Virus record (IMG/VR): IMGVR_UViG_3300032287_004484
Coordinates: 226,275 to 290,274 of that record
DNA length: 64,000 nt
Strand: one strand, 5' to 3'
Shown: in pieces, positions 50,065 through 58,961 of the stretch
How positions within the stretch are numbered: the stretch's first letter is position 1
How the letters are laid out: every line of letters begins with the position of its first letter
Notes under the pieces: generated by a model
Told to the model about the DNA's origin: nothing
Database searches by the model: none
The model's input: only the letters and a program-made list of their open reading frames with translations
Translations under genes and position numbers: made by a program

Positions 50065-50688
50065 ATGAGTTTTATAAACGCTAACATACCATTGATAGAG
50101 TGTTACATAAGAAAAGAATTTCTTTTTAATGGTGAAGAACAAAATGAACAGTTTGAAGAAGTTATAATTTTTGGCGTTACATCTTTAAGGTTCAGAACAT
50201 TGATGTTTAATGTTATGACTAAAGGCGGTGGACATTTTTGTAGAATGCCAATACACGCTTTTTGCCATAAAAAAAACGCTCCTAAACAAAAACTTGAAGA
50301 TTTAGTTATTTGGAATAATTTCTCATATGATATTGATGTTATCAGATATGATTATTTAGCTGATTGTAAACCTAAAGTTTTTTTAAGAGATAATAACCCT
50401 TATTTTGGTGATTATCTATTTACTATTGACTACGCTCATCCACAAAAAAACAATTTAGATTTTGATTACTCAGAAGATCCTGATGATCATAAAAGTGCTA
50501 ACTTAATAAAACTAGATAATGGAAATTTTGCTATTATGCCTAATAATAGAATTTTATGGAGTGATACATCTTTTATAGATCCTTATAAAGAAACTCCGAA
50601 ATGGAAAGCTAACACAAAAATATGGGAAATACCAAAGAGTGGTTGGAAAGCTGAAGGTGAATATTTTTATAACATTGAATCTAAATAA
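50065..50688 (+). CDS. conserved phage hypothetical protein
   Basis: INANIP...RMPIHAF...PNNRILW. Confidence 0.7.
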   Translation: MSFINANIPLIECYIRKEFLFNGEEQNEQFEEVIIFGVTSLRFRTLMFNVMTKGGGHFCRMPIHAFCHKKNAPKQKLEDLVIWNNFSYDIDVIRYDYLADCKPKVFLRDNNPYFGDYLFTIDYAHPQKNNLDFDYSEDPDDHKSANLIKLDNGNFAIMPNNRILWSDTSFIDPYKETPKWKANTKIWEIPKSGWKAEGEYFYNIESK

Positions 50689-50774
50689 AAAATAAACATT
50701 TACAAATAGGACTAAATATAATAATACAAAGTGGTTTACAAAGAACTACAAAATTTAACAAAAGGAAAACAAAA

Positions 50775-51701
50775 ATGAGTGCAAATGACTATTTAGAAAA
50801 ACTCCGACAACAAGCGATGGCAGCTTTAGACGGTGGTCCAAAAAAGTATATAAATGAAAATGAGTGGGCTCCAACAGATGTTCCAACAAAAGTAAGATTT
50901 TTACCTTTACCTGAAAAAGAAGGTAAGTTAAATTTCCCTTACATGACTCATACTTATCACTATATTCAAGGTGGTAGAGATGATGGAAAAGACATTAAAC
51001 TCTTCGTACCAAAGAAAGTAAATAAAGATGGAGCACTAGTTGAAGATCCAATAGATGTATTTGTAAGAAAACTTTACGATACAAAAATTGATAGTGAAAT
51101 TAAGATTGCAGCTTCTTTAAAAAGAAAAAGAGCTTTTTATTTTAATGCTCTTGTATATGAAGATGGTGTTACTCCAACTCTTAAAGTTATAGTTGATACA
51201 TCTGGAGAAGGAAAATTAGCAAGAAGAATCTGTTCTGTAATGGGAATACCATTTTGTAAAGATATTGATGACAAATGGTTTCCTGATAAAGATTTTGCTT
51301 ATGATCCAGATAAACCATATTTTAATCTTGTCGACACTACCTCTGGATATGATTTTAAAATTAAAAAAAGCATAACTGGAAAAGATCCATGGAATTTTGA
51401 TTACAATGAATCTTTCCCAATTACTAATAAAGGACTTAGACCTCTAACTGATACTGAACAGTCGATGTTAAAGAGTGCTCCTGATCTTTATAATTATGTA
51501 AATTATGAATCTGACTTTAATAAAATTGAAGAATATTTAAATAGGGCTATTAGCCATTTAAGTATTAATAAATCAAGTGGAAGTACTGCTTCTCCAAAAG
51601 CACCGTTTACTTCTAAAACAACAGCTGCTCCATATGTTCAATCAGCTACTGTTGAAGATGATTTATCAGAAGAAGATCTTAGAGCTCAATTATTAGATTA
51701 A
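50775..51701 (+). CDS. 32: gp32-like single-stranded DNA-binding protein
   Basis: KVRFLP, NALV, GYDFKIK, acidic C-tail; next to UvsX. Confidence 0.85.
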   Translation: MSANDYLEKLRQQAMAALDGGPKKYINENEWAPTDVPTKVRFLPLPEKEGKLNFPYMTHTYHYIQGGRDDGKDIKLFVPKKVNKDGALVEDPIDVFVRKLYDTKIDSEIKIAASLKRKRAFYFNALVYEDGVTPTLKVIVDTSGEGKLARRICSVMGIPFCKDIDDKWFPDKDFAYDPDKPYFNLVDTTSGYDFKIKKSITGKDPWNFDYNESFPITNKGLRPLTDTEQSMLKSAPDLYNYVNYESDFNKIEEYLNRAISHLSINKSSGSTASPKAPFTSKTTAAPYVQSATVEDDLSEEDLRAQLLD

Positions 51702-51710
51702 TTTTAAAAC

Positions 51711-51733
51711 AAGCCACTTATTAAAAGTGGCTT
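51711..51733. terminator. hairpin between gp32 and uvsX
   Basis: AAGCCACTT/AAGTGGCTT stem; weak T-tail. Confidence 0.5.
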
Positions 51734-51753
51734 CATATGACTATGAGGTTAAA

Positions 51754-52908
51754 ATGGCTAAAAAAGAAAAAGGTGAAGTGACAGAATTAGATCTTCTCCA
51801 AAAAGAAATAAATTCATTTATTAAAACTAATTCTAAAATAGAAGTCGAGAGTTTAGAGGACCATGATTTTTTCCCTGAATTTTTAGACACTGGTAATTTT
51901 GCACTCAACTGGGCAATCTGTGGTAAATTCAAAGGCGGATTCCCTGCTACAAAATGTGTAGAAATGTTTGGTGCAGAAGGAAGTGGTAAATCTTTAATGC
52001 TAATAAAATTAGCAGGTGAAAATATTAAAAAAGGCGGTCTTTCTTATGTCGTTGATACAGAAGACGCTGTTAATCCTAATTTTGCACGAATTATTATGAA
52101 TGATCCTGAAGGAAAGATAATTAATAAAATCCAAAGAATTGATACTATTGATACAATAGAACAATTAAAAGGTTTTTTAATTAATCTTGCTGAAAAGAAA
52201 ATTGCTATGAAAACAGAGATCCCTATTTTTGTGGGGATAGATTCTATTTCTCAATTAAGTTCTGATAAAGAAATGGAAGATTCTAGGACTGGTAATAGTG
52301 CTCGTGATATGACTAAACAGCAAGCAATGAGAGCGCTCTTTCGAGTTGTTAATCGTTACTTACGGGCTGCTAATATGACTCTTGTTGTTCTAAGTCATAC
52401 GAGTGCTGCTATTGGAGCTTTTGGTAATCCTGTAACAGCTGCTAATCACGGAGGTGGAGTTAAATTTGCTTCATCTGTTAGGGCTTGGATTACTTCGTCT
52501 AAAGAGGTTTCTGATTCTGCTGGGATACCACTAGGAGTTAGAATTAATTTTAAAATAGAAAAGAATCGTCTTGTTTTTAAAGGTAGAAAAGCAAGTGTTA
52601 ATCTTTCATTTAAAAAAGGAATTCAAAAGTATAGTGGATTACTAGAGCTTCTCGCTGATAATGATGTAATTAAATTAAGCACCAAAGATATTAAAAAGAC
52701 AACTAAAGTTGTTTTTGAAGGTGAAGAATTTAGTGCTTCTAAGTTAGAGGAATGGATAGCACAAAGTGGTGGCGAAGAAAAAGTTTTAGAAAGATGGCAA
52801 AAACATTTAGATGATATTTATGGAAACCAAAACATCGAAGAATCTTTTGAAGAAGAAGGAGACGATGAAGAAGATGTTTTGGTTCCATTAATGGAAGTTG
52901 CTGATTGA
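51754..52908 (+). CDS. uvsX: UvsX/RecA-like recombinase
   Basis: DTGNFALN, GAEGSGKS, IDSI, GGGVKFASS, KNR; start MAKKE at 51754 with GAGG SD; no intein. Confidence 0.93.
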   Translation: MAKKEKGEVTELDLLQKEINSFIKTNSKIEVESLEDHDFFPEFLDTGNFALNWAICGKFKGGFPATKCVEMFGAEGSGKSLMLIKLAGENIKKGGLSYVVDTEDAVNPNFARIIMNDPEGKIINKIQRIDTIDTIEQLKGFLINLAEKKIAMKTEIPIFVGIDSISQLSSDKEMEDSRTGNSARDMTKQQAMRALFRVVNRYLRAANMTLVVLSHTSAAIGAFGNPVTAANHGGGVKFASSVRAWITSSKEVSDSAGIPLGVRINFKIEKNRLVFKGRKASVNLSFKKGIQKYSGLLELLADNDVIKLSTKDIKKTTKVVFEGEEFSASKLEEWIAQSGGEEKVLERWQKHLDDIYGNQNIEESFEEEGDDEEDVLVPLMEVAD

Positions 52909-53321
52909 TAGTTAATCTTTATCGTGAAATAAAAAAAGAGGGGTCTCTAATTATAGAGACCTTTTCTATTTCGCCTAGAAAAAAAGAATTAATATCTACT
53001 TCTACAAGAGTTACCGATTTTATAGTTTTATTGACCCAATTACATTCTATTAGAGAAGATTATCCATTAATCAAAATAGAGTTTTTTGATTATATCATTA
53101 GACGAACTTATAATTATATAGAAAATAAACCAATACCTGAAAGAGGTCTTAATTTTCAATTTAACTATATTCCATTTAAGGGTGAAAAAAAATGTAAGAA
53201 ATGTTTTCATTATAGAAAAAAAGGTAAAGTAGAATACTGTTCTGGTAGGCTTAAAAAACTAAAATGGGATGTATGGAAAGATTGTCTTTATTGGAAAGAA
53301 AATTCAATAATTAAACTTTAA
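52905..53321 (+). CDS. hypothetical protein with C-terminal Cys cluster
   Basis: CKKC...YC...DC. Confidence 0.55.
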   Translation: MIVNLYREIKKEGSLIIETFSISPRKKELISTSTRVTDFIVLLTQLHSIREDYPLIKIEFFDYIIRRTYNYIENKPIPERGLNFQFNYIPFKGEKKCKKCFHYRKKGKVEYCSGRLKKLKWDVWKDCLYWKENSIIKL

Positions 53322-53461
53322 CGTGCAAAGTGCCAATTATTTCTATCGTTAAAAACTTTTAATTTATTTTAAATGTTTTTAATCTACAACATAAAATTAT
53401 TTTTGGGTTTATACATCTATTTCTTTTTATATTAGAATTAATATATGGAGAATAAAACACT

Positions 53462-53842
53462 ATGAGAAAGTCAACAAGAAATAAAACAACTTATTCAAGA
53501 GCTCAAAGGGCTTTAGAAATATGTCGTGAGTATAACAAAAGAATCCATAAACTTGAAAAAATAATTGCATCTGAAGAAGATACCGCTTATGTTTATGCTT
53601 TAGACGTAGTAGGAGGATCTTTTCCAGAGGGAGAAGCAATTATTCTTAAAAATCCACAACTTGCAACAGAGTATGCTTTTTATGTTTTAGATGCACCCTT
53701 TGAAAAAGGACATCCAGTTATTTTTAATTCAAAAAATGATCAAGACTGTATAGATGATTATGTGGATTTCTTAATTGAAAAAGGATATAGTAAGGAAAAA
53801 ATTGATTCGCTTTTAATTCAATATTCTCATCAATTAATATGA
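53462..53842 (+). CDS. solenoid-repeat family protein
   Basis: RIHKLEKII...YVYALDVVGGSFPEGE. Confidence 0.75.
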   Translation: MRKSTRNKTTYSRAQRALEICREYNKRIHKLEKIIASEEDTAYVYALDVVGGSFPEGEAIILKNPQLATEYAFYVLDAPFEKGHPVIFNSKNDQDCIDDYVDFLIEKGYSKEKIDSLLIQYSHQLI

Positions 53843-54015
53843 ATAAAAGTGATTTTTCTTTAAAAGAAAATAAATATATTGATGATAATCTGACTTCAAT
53901 AAGAGCATCAATAGATTTTTTAATAGAAGAAAGATTTATTTACTATGATAATTCTTATGTATATAAAGATATGTTAAAGTGGTTAAAAAAATATCATTCT
54001 GAATTAATTATTTAA
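53839..54015 (+). CDS. 58-aa tagged protein (HSELII), not in track
   Basis: Hand translation; ATGA overlap with the previous stop. Confidence 0.65.
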   Translation: MNKSDFSLKENKYIDDNLTSIRASIDFLIEERFIYYDNSYVYKDMLKWLKKYHSELII

Positions 54016-54081
54016 TTTCATTTTTTATACCTTTTGTCCTTTTCTTAATATAATTATATTAAGAAAACATAAAAATAAAAA

Positions 54082-54360
54082 ATGGAACTAGAATGGGAAA
54101 AATTTCATTGCACAGAAAAATTAAATTATAAAGATGCTATGGACTATTTAAAAACTGTATCTGAAGATGGTTGGAGATTACCTTCTATTGATGAATTACT
54201 GTATGCTTGTAAAAATTATGAAGAAGGTTTTCAGAGATGGGGTTATTGGAGTTGTGATACAGAAGATCAATATAAATTAATTGTTTATTTTTATACTGCT
54301 AATATTTGGAAAATGGATTTAGATTCAAGAATGTATGTTCGTTTTGTAAGAGATATTTAA
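54082..54360 (+). CDS. Lcl/DUF1566 (C-type lectin-like fold) protein
   Basis: LNYKDA...GWRLPSIDEL...YWS...YVRFVR. Confidence 0.8.
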   Translation: MELEWEKFHCTEKLNYKDAMDYLKTVSEDGWRLPSIDELLYACKNYEEGFQRWGYWSCDTEDQYKLIVYFYTANIWKMDLDSRMYVRFVRDI

Positions 54361-54411
54361 TATAAAACATAATTAACAAATTTTATTAAATGATAAAAAA
54401 TAAATAAACAT

Positions 54412-54444
54412 AAAAAAAGTGGGATTTTTCAACCCCACTTTTTT
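54412..54444. terminator. bidirectional terminator
   Basis: AAAAAAAGTGGG...CCCACTTTTTT between convergent genes. Confidence 0.75.
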
Positions 54445-54448
54445 CTTC

Positions 54449-54625
54449 TTACTTAGAAAGAATGTTTAAAGCCTTTCGTACTTCTTCAGCATTCTCAATA
54501 AGAGCCTCTAACCCATTCTCGAAGTGTTTTTCAAGAATTTCTCTTGCGGTTGCTTTGACTGCTTCTTCTTTAGAATTGTATTCAACCCCGTTTACTCTGT
54601 AAACTTTACTTACTTTAATTTCCAT
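54449..54625 (-). CDS. 58-aa protein, triplicated family (not in track)
   Basis: MEIKVSKVYRVNGVEYNSKEEA...; GGAG SD. Confidence 0.8.
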   Translation of the reverse strand: MEIKVSKVYRVNGVEYNSKEEAVKATAREILEKHFENGLEALIENAEEVRKALNILSK

Positions 54626-54785
54626 GGTTTTTTCTCCGGTTTTAAAATTTATACTAATAGAATAATATTTTTTGTAAGTATTTTATAAACCCAAAAAATT
54701 ACTATTAAAATACGCTATTTTTTTAGGTTTAAACATTTATTTTATATTTGTATATAATTTAATTAGAAATTTTATATATAAATAT

Positions 54786-54992
54786 ATGGATATTAAAAAA
54801 AGAAAAATCATATGGGAATCACTAGTAGTAGACATAAACAAGAAAAGAATTTTTTATAAAACTGAAGATCACTATCATCATTTCTTAAATGTTGCGTTTA
54901 AAGATTTGTTGATACTAGAGAAAGATGCTCCAGAACATTATAAAATTTTTCAAGAAATTTTATATCGTAATTATGGGGAGTGGATAATATGA
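54786..54992 (+). CDS. small tagged protein (YGEWII)
   Basis: First gene of a long tagged-gene array. Confidence 0.65.
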   Translation: MDIKKRKIIWESLVVDINKKRIFYKTEDHYHHFLNVAFKDLLILEKDAPEHYKIFQEILYRNYGEWII

Positions 54993-55378
54993 CCCCTAGA
55001 CAAGCACTTGATAAAATTATTAAAAACAATAAAAGATCTTGTAGATTAGAAAAAATAATTGCACAAGATCCAGAATCTTCTTTTCTTTATGCTTGTCATT
55101 TAAACGAAAGATTCGTTCAAGGAGAAGAAGCGATAATCATTAGTGTATATCATACTCATCACTATATTGAAGAAATAGTAAGGGCTCCTTTTCCAAAAGG
55201 AGAAAAGATTATTTCCACAGAACCATTTTATTCTTATCGTTATGCAAAAAATATATTAAAAAATGTATTTCATCTCGCTCATCCAGTTATTTTTAAATCT
55301 TCATTTAAAAATGATTATATAAATTTCTTAAAATCTATTAATTATGATCTTAATGAAATAGGAGAATGGTTAATATGA
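54989..55378 (+). CDS. solenoid-repeat family protein (IGEWLI)
   Basis: MTPRQAL start at 54989. Confidence 0.75.
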   Translation: MTPRQALDKIIKNNKRSCRLEKIIAQDPESSFLYACHLNERFVQGEEAIIISVYHTHHYIEEIVRAPFPKGEKIISTEPFYSYRYAKNILKNVFHLAHPVIFKSSFKNDYINFLKSINYDLNEIGEWLI

Positions 55379-55691
55379 CTCCTAAAGAAGCCTATATTAA
55401 ATGTTATAATGAAAATCGTAGAATACCTGAATTAGAAAATATTATTGCTACTGATTCATATTATTCTTATCGTTATGCTAGTGATGTAATTAGAGGAAGA
55501 TGGGAAAGCCGTGAAAAAAATATTGCTACACATTCAGAATATTCTTATTATTATGCTCATTATGTAATTAAAGGTCCATTCAATTTATGTCATCCAATTA
55601 TTTTTAGTTCTATTTATAAAAACGATTATATAAACTTTTTAAAATCTATCAATTATGATCTTAATGAAATAGGAGAATGGTTAATATGACT
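55307..55691 (+). repeat. 74-bp direct repeat pair (55307-55380 and 55618-55691)
   Basis: Both encode KNDYINFLKSINYDLNEIGEWLI* plus the next ATG; four differences, all synonymous. Confidence 0.9.
55375..55689 (+). CDS. solenoid-repeat family protein (IGEWLI)
   Basis: MTPKEAY start at 55375. Confidence 0.75.
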   Translation: MTPKEAYIKCYNENRRIPELENIIATDSYYSYRYASDVIRGRWESREKNIATHSEYSYYYAHYVIKGPFNLCHPIIFSSIYKNDYINFLKSINYDLNEIGEWLI

Positions 55692-55731
55692 ATTTATAAT
55701 TTTTATAAAAACATGAGGATTATTTAGTATA

Positions 55732-56049
55732 ATGAATTATAAGATCAAAAAGATAAATAAAAAAATAATGTTAAATACTCCTTACTATTTAGAAATAACT
55801 TCTGATAGTCTTAATAAAATTGATAGTTTTATTTTATATGATTTCAATGAAAAACTTTGTTTTTTTGGAACATATGAAATTAAAAATTATTATGATAGTT
55901 TTGATGAATCTCAAAAAACAAAACAATATAAAATTCCAATTTCAAAAAGACTGTTTAATGATTTTTTAAAATTATCAATACATAATTTACGAGAAACTAA
56001 TAAAAACATTTTTCTTGCTCTAAATGGATTAGAAGAGTGGATCATATGA
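55732..56049 (+). CDS. small tagged accessory protein (LEEWII)
   Basis: C-terminal tag. Confidence 0.7.
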   Translation: MNYKIKKINKKIMLNTPYYLEITSDSLNKIDSFILYDFNEKLCFFGTYEIKNYYDSFDESQKTKQYKIPISKRLFNDFLKLSIHNLRETNKNIFLALNGLEEWII

Positions 56050-56333
56050 GAAAATTGTTTATTGTAACAATTAATGATATGTATAAGAAAATTAGTCAAG
56101 ATGAAAAATTTTTTAATGGCAATTTAATTCATACGATATATACATATGATGATTATAATATTAATGAAGTAGCATCTTATTTATCATTATCAATTGATTT
56201 TATTAAAAAGCATACAATCTTTATTGATGAAAATGTTTTTACTAAAATAAATACTTATGGAATTATGAAAAAACACCATATTAATATTAAGGATTTTTTT
56301 GAAAAAATATCTTTAGAAGAACACTTAATATGA
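56046..56333 (+). CDS. small tagged accessory protein (LEEHLI)
   Basis: ATGA-coupled start at 56046. Confidence 0.65.
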   Translation: MRKLFIVTINDMYKKISQDEKFFNGNLIHTIYTYDDYNINEVASYLSLSIDFIKKHTIFIDENVFTKINTYGIMKKHHINIKDFFEKISLEEHLI

Positions 56334-56800
56334 CTCCTAAAATAGCTTTTTTTATTTCTTCATACGAAAATAAGAGATCTCCTAAATTAGAAAATATTAT
56401 TTCTACTGACGCTAATTATTCTTATCAGTATGCTCTTCACGTTGTTAAAGGTAAATGGAGAAAAGGAGAAAATATAATTATTACAAGTCCTTATTATTCT
56501 TACTTATATGCCCTTCATATTGTTAAAGGTAAATGGATAAAAGGAGAAGAAGTAATTTCTAATGATTCAGAGTGTTCTTATCATTATGCCAAAGATATAA
56601 AAATAGGAAGATTTAAAAAAGGAGAAAAAAGTATTATTAAAAATCCAAAATATTCTTACTGGTATATAAAGTACGTTGTCAAAAAACCATTGCCACAATT
56701 TAATAAAATAATTTTTAATTCTAAATTTTTACAAGACTATATACAATTTTTACAAAACAACAATTACAACATTAACAAATTTTCTGAATATATGATATAA
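56330..56800 (+). CDS. solenoid-repeat family protein (FSEYMI)
   Basis: Four YA.H.VKG.W.KGE repeats. Confidence 0.8.
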   Translation: MTPKIAFFISSYENKRSPKLENIISTDANYSYQYALHVVKGKWRKGENIIITSPYYSYLYALHIVKGKWIKGEEVISNDSECSYHYAKDIKIGRFKKGEKSIIKNPKYSYWYIKYVVKKPLPQFNKIIFNSKFLQDYIQFLQNNNYNINKFSEYMI

Positions 56801-56810
56801 GGAGATACAA

Positions 56811-57182
56811 ATGGCTACAAGATCAACAATTTCAATTTTAAAAAAATATGGAACATTAAAATCAATCTATTGTCACTGGGATGGGTATTTAGAAGGAGTA
56901 GGAGAAACGTTAATTGTAAACTATAAAACGCCTCAACAAGTAGATGAACTTATTGAAAATGGCGATGTTTCTTGTTTAGGATCAACGATAAATGAAACAG
57001 ATTTTTATCATGAAAAAGATAGTCGTATTGCTTATTTAGAATATAAAAGTTTAGATGAACCAGGATATTTTCATTCTTTACAAGATTATAATTACATTTA
57101 TAAGGAACAAGAACAAAGATGGGAATATTTTCGTTGGTACGAAATAAATAAAATGACTTGTTTCTTACACCATTTGATTTAA
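56811..57182 (+). CDS. YCHWDGY-family protein with tag-like end (FLHHLI)
   Basis: Paralog of 40920..41264. Confidence 0.75.
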   Translation: MATRSTISILKKYGTLKSIYCHWDGYLEGVGETLIVNYKTPQQVDELIENGDVSCLGSTINETDFYHEKDSRIAYLEYKSLDEPGYFHSLQDYNYIYKEQEQRWEYFRWYEINKMTCFLHHLI

Positions 57183-57221
57183 AAAGATTTTTTAAAAGAT
57201 TAACTAATTAGACTGTTTACT

Positions 57222-57259
57222 TTTTAGGTTTAAACACTTATTATAAATTGAATTATAAT
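57222..57259 (+). promoter_or_regulatory. type example of the repeated promoter
   Basis: TTTTAGGTT-TAAACA-17 nt-TATAAT. Confidence 0.8.
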
Positions 57260-57281
57260 ATAATATATAGGATAAAATAAT

Positions 57282-58175
57282 ATGAATAAATATAACTATA
57301 AATACGATCACATAATAAAAATTGATGACCAAATTTTAAAAGAAGATTTTTACGAAATTGTAAGAAAGCATAAAGTTAATAGAAAAAGAGATTTAAATTT
57401 AGAGGAAAGAATTTTAAAGAGTCAAAATCCTTTATTAGCTGTTTTCTATGCTAGAGAAGTTGTAATGGATAGATGGATAGAAGGCGAAGATATAATTTTT
57501 AACTTTCCTTCTGATCAATCTATTTATTTTTATTTAACTTTTTTGATAGAAAATAAAGTTAGAGATCTTGAAGATTTATTTCCAAAATTAGAAAAATGTA
57601 TGGTAGAGTTTAAGGATTTTATGGCTATTAGATATTATATCTCTAGTGTAATTAAAAGAAGATGGAAAGAAGGTGAAGACGCTATTATTGAATGTAAATC
57701 TCTTAACGATATTAATTGGTATTCTAAATATTATATTAAAGGTAGATGGAAAGAGGGAGAACAAGTTTTTTTAGAAGAAATAACAAATATAAACTTTTCT
57801 AGCCATTTGCACTTCCACCTTGTTTACCAATTATCTTATTATATAGATAAAATCGCTAAATGTAAAATTGACGATATTGATAAAGAGATTATTAAAAATA
57901 TGAAATATTTTTGCGAGAAATATCCTCATGTAAATATTTTTAGATATATAAATGGAGCACATCCAAAAGGTTGGGAAGAAGCAGAAGAGTTTATTGTTCT
58001 TGATGCTAACCTTAGTGTTATGTATGCAATGAAAATTATAAAAAGACCTTTTGTAAAAGCACATCAAAATATCTTTAGTTCTAAAACAGATAAAAGAATT
58101 ATAAATCGCTATACAAATTTTCTCAATAAATTAAGTAAAAAGAAAACAGTAAACTTCTCAGAGTTCTTAATTTAA
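57282..58175 (+). CDS. long solenoid-repeat family protein (FSEFLI)
   Basis: About eight repeats (VMDRWIEGE, IKRRWKEGE, IKGRWKEGE). Confidence 0.75.
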   Translation: MNKYNYKYDHIIKIDDQILKEDFYEIVRKHKVNRKRDLNLEERILKSQNPLLAVFYAREVVMDRWIEGEDIIFNFPSDQSIYFYLTFLIENKVRDLEDLFPKLEKCMVEFKDFMAIRYYISSVIKRRWKEGEDAIIECKSLNDINWYSKYYIKGRWKEGEQVFLEEITNINFSSHLHFHLVYQLSYYIDKIAKCKIDDIDKEIIKNMKYFCEKYPHVNIFRYINGAHPKGWEEAEEFIVLDANLSVMYAMKIIKRPFVKAHQNIFSSKTDKRIINRYTNFLNKLSKKKTVNFSEFLI

Positions 58176-58177
58176 AA

Positions 58178-58708
58178 ATGAAAACTTTATATTTATTAGA
58201 AAATAAAAAGATAAAAGAGAAATATAATAATTTTCTAATTAAAAATAATGTTTTTTATTCTTATCAATATTATCTTGGATCAGGAGATGAAGGAGACGCT
58301 TTTATGGTTTCTGATTCTGAAATAAGAGGAGTTATAAAATTAACAACTAGAAGATTAGAATATAAGATTTCTAAAAAATTAATTAAGAATCAATATCTTA
58401 ATCTTTGTACAGTATATGATTGTAATATTTTAAGTCCTAATGAATTATATGTTATTTATAAAAAGTTTTATTTTGTTAATTCTATAACATCTGATTTAGT
58501 TGATTTTGCTTTAAAAAATAAAGATTTAAATAATTTTGGACTTATTGGTTTTGAATTAAAAAAGATTAAAAGTCAATTAAAAGAATTTGGATTAAGTGAT
58601 GGAGGTGATTTATGGGGTGGTAATGTAGGATGGGATAAAAATAAATTAGTTCACTTTGATATAGATGAAACTGTTTATGGAACGTATAAAGAAAGTTTTT
58701 TAGAATAA
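58178..58708 (+). CDS. minimal protein-kinase-like-fold enzyme
   Basis: LGSGDEG (Gly loop), VIK, DLWGGNV (catalytic loop), FDID (metal binding). Confidence 0.65.
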   Translation: MKTLYLLENKKIKEKYNNFLIKNNVFYSYQYYLGSGDEGDAFMVSDSEIRGVIKLTTRRLEYKISKKLIKNQYLNLCTVYDCNILSPNELYVIYKKFYFVNSITSDLVDFALKNKDLNNFGLIGFELKKIKSQLKEFGLSDGGDLWGGNVGWDKNKLVHFDIDETVYGTYKESFLE

Positions 58709-58753
58709 ACACTTTTATATTTTGTATATATATTATATATAAAGGAATATTAA

Positions 58754-58945
58754 ATGACAAAAAAAGAAGCAACTAGAATTTTAAACATTAGATTAGAAGC
58801 TCTTAATGAAGCAATTAAAAGAAAGGCAATTAAAACTGATATTACTGGTAAAATAATTGATCAATCAGTTTTTGATTACCTTAATGAATTAGAGGAAAGA
58901 AGAAAAGCACCTCCAATAAATTGGATTAAAAGAAATGAATTTTAA
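58754..58945 (+). CDS. excisionase-like HTH protein, tandem paralog 1
   Basis: TKKEATRILNI...LEERR. Confidence 0.65.
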   Translation: MTKKEATRILNIRLEALNEAIKRKAIKTDITGKIIDQSVFDYLNELEERRKAPPINWIKRNEF

Positions 58946-58961
58946 AAGGATAAAAAAATAA

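Noticed and set aside
51727-52908. Intein in UvsX
   Set aside because: The RecA motifs are contiguous with no C...HN insertion.
24980-54360. Diversity-generating retroelement around the DUF1566-like genes
   Set aside because: No reverse transcriptase and no template/variable repeat pair with adenine-specific mismatches in this window.
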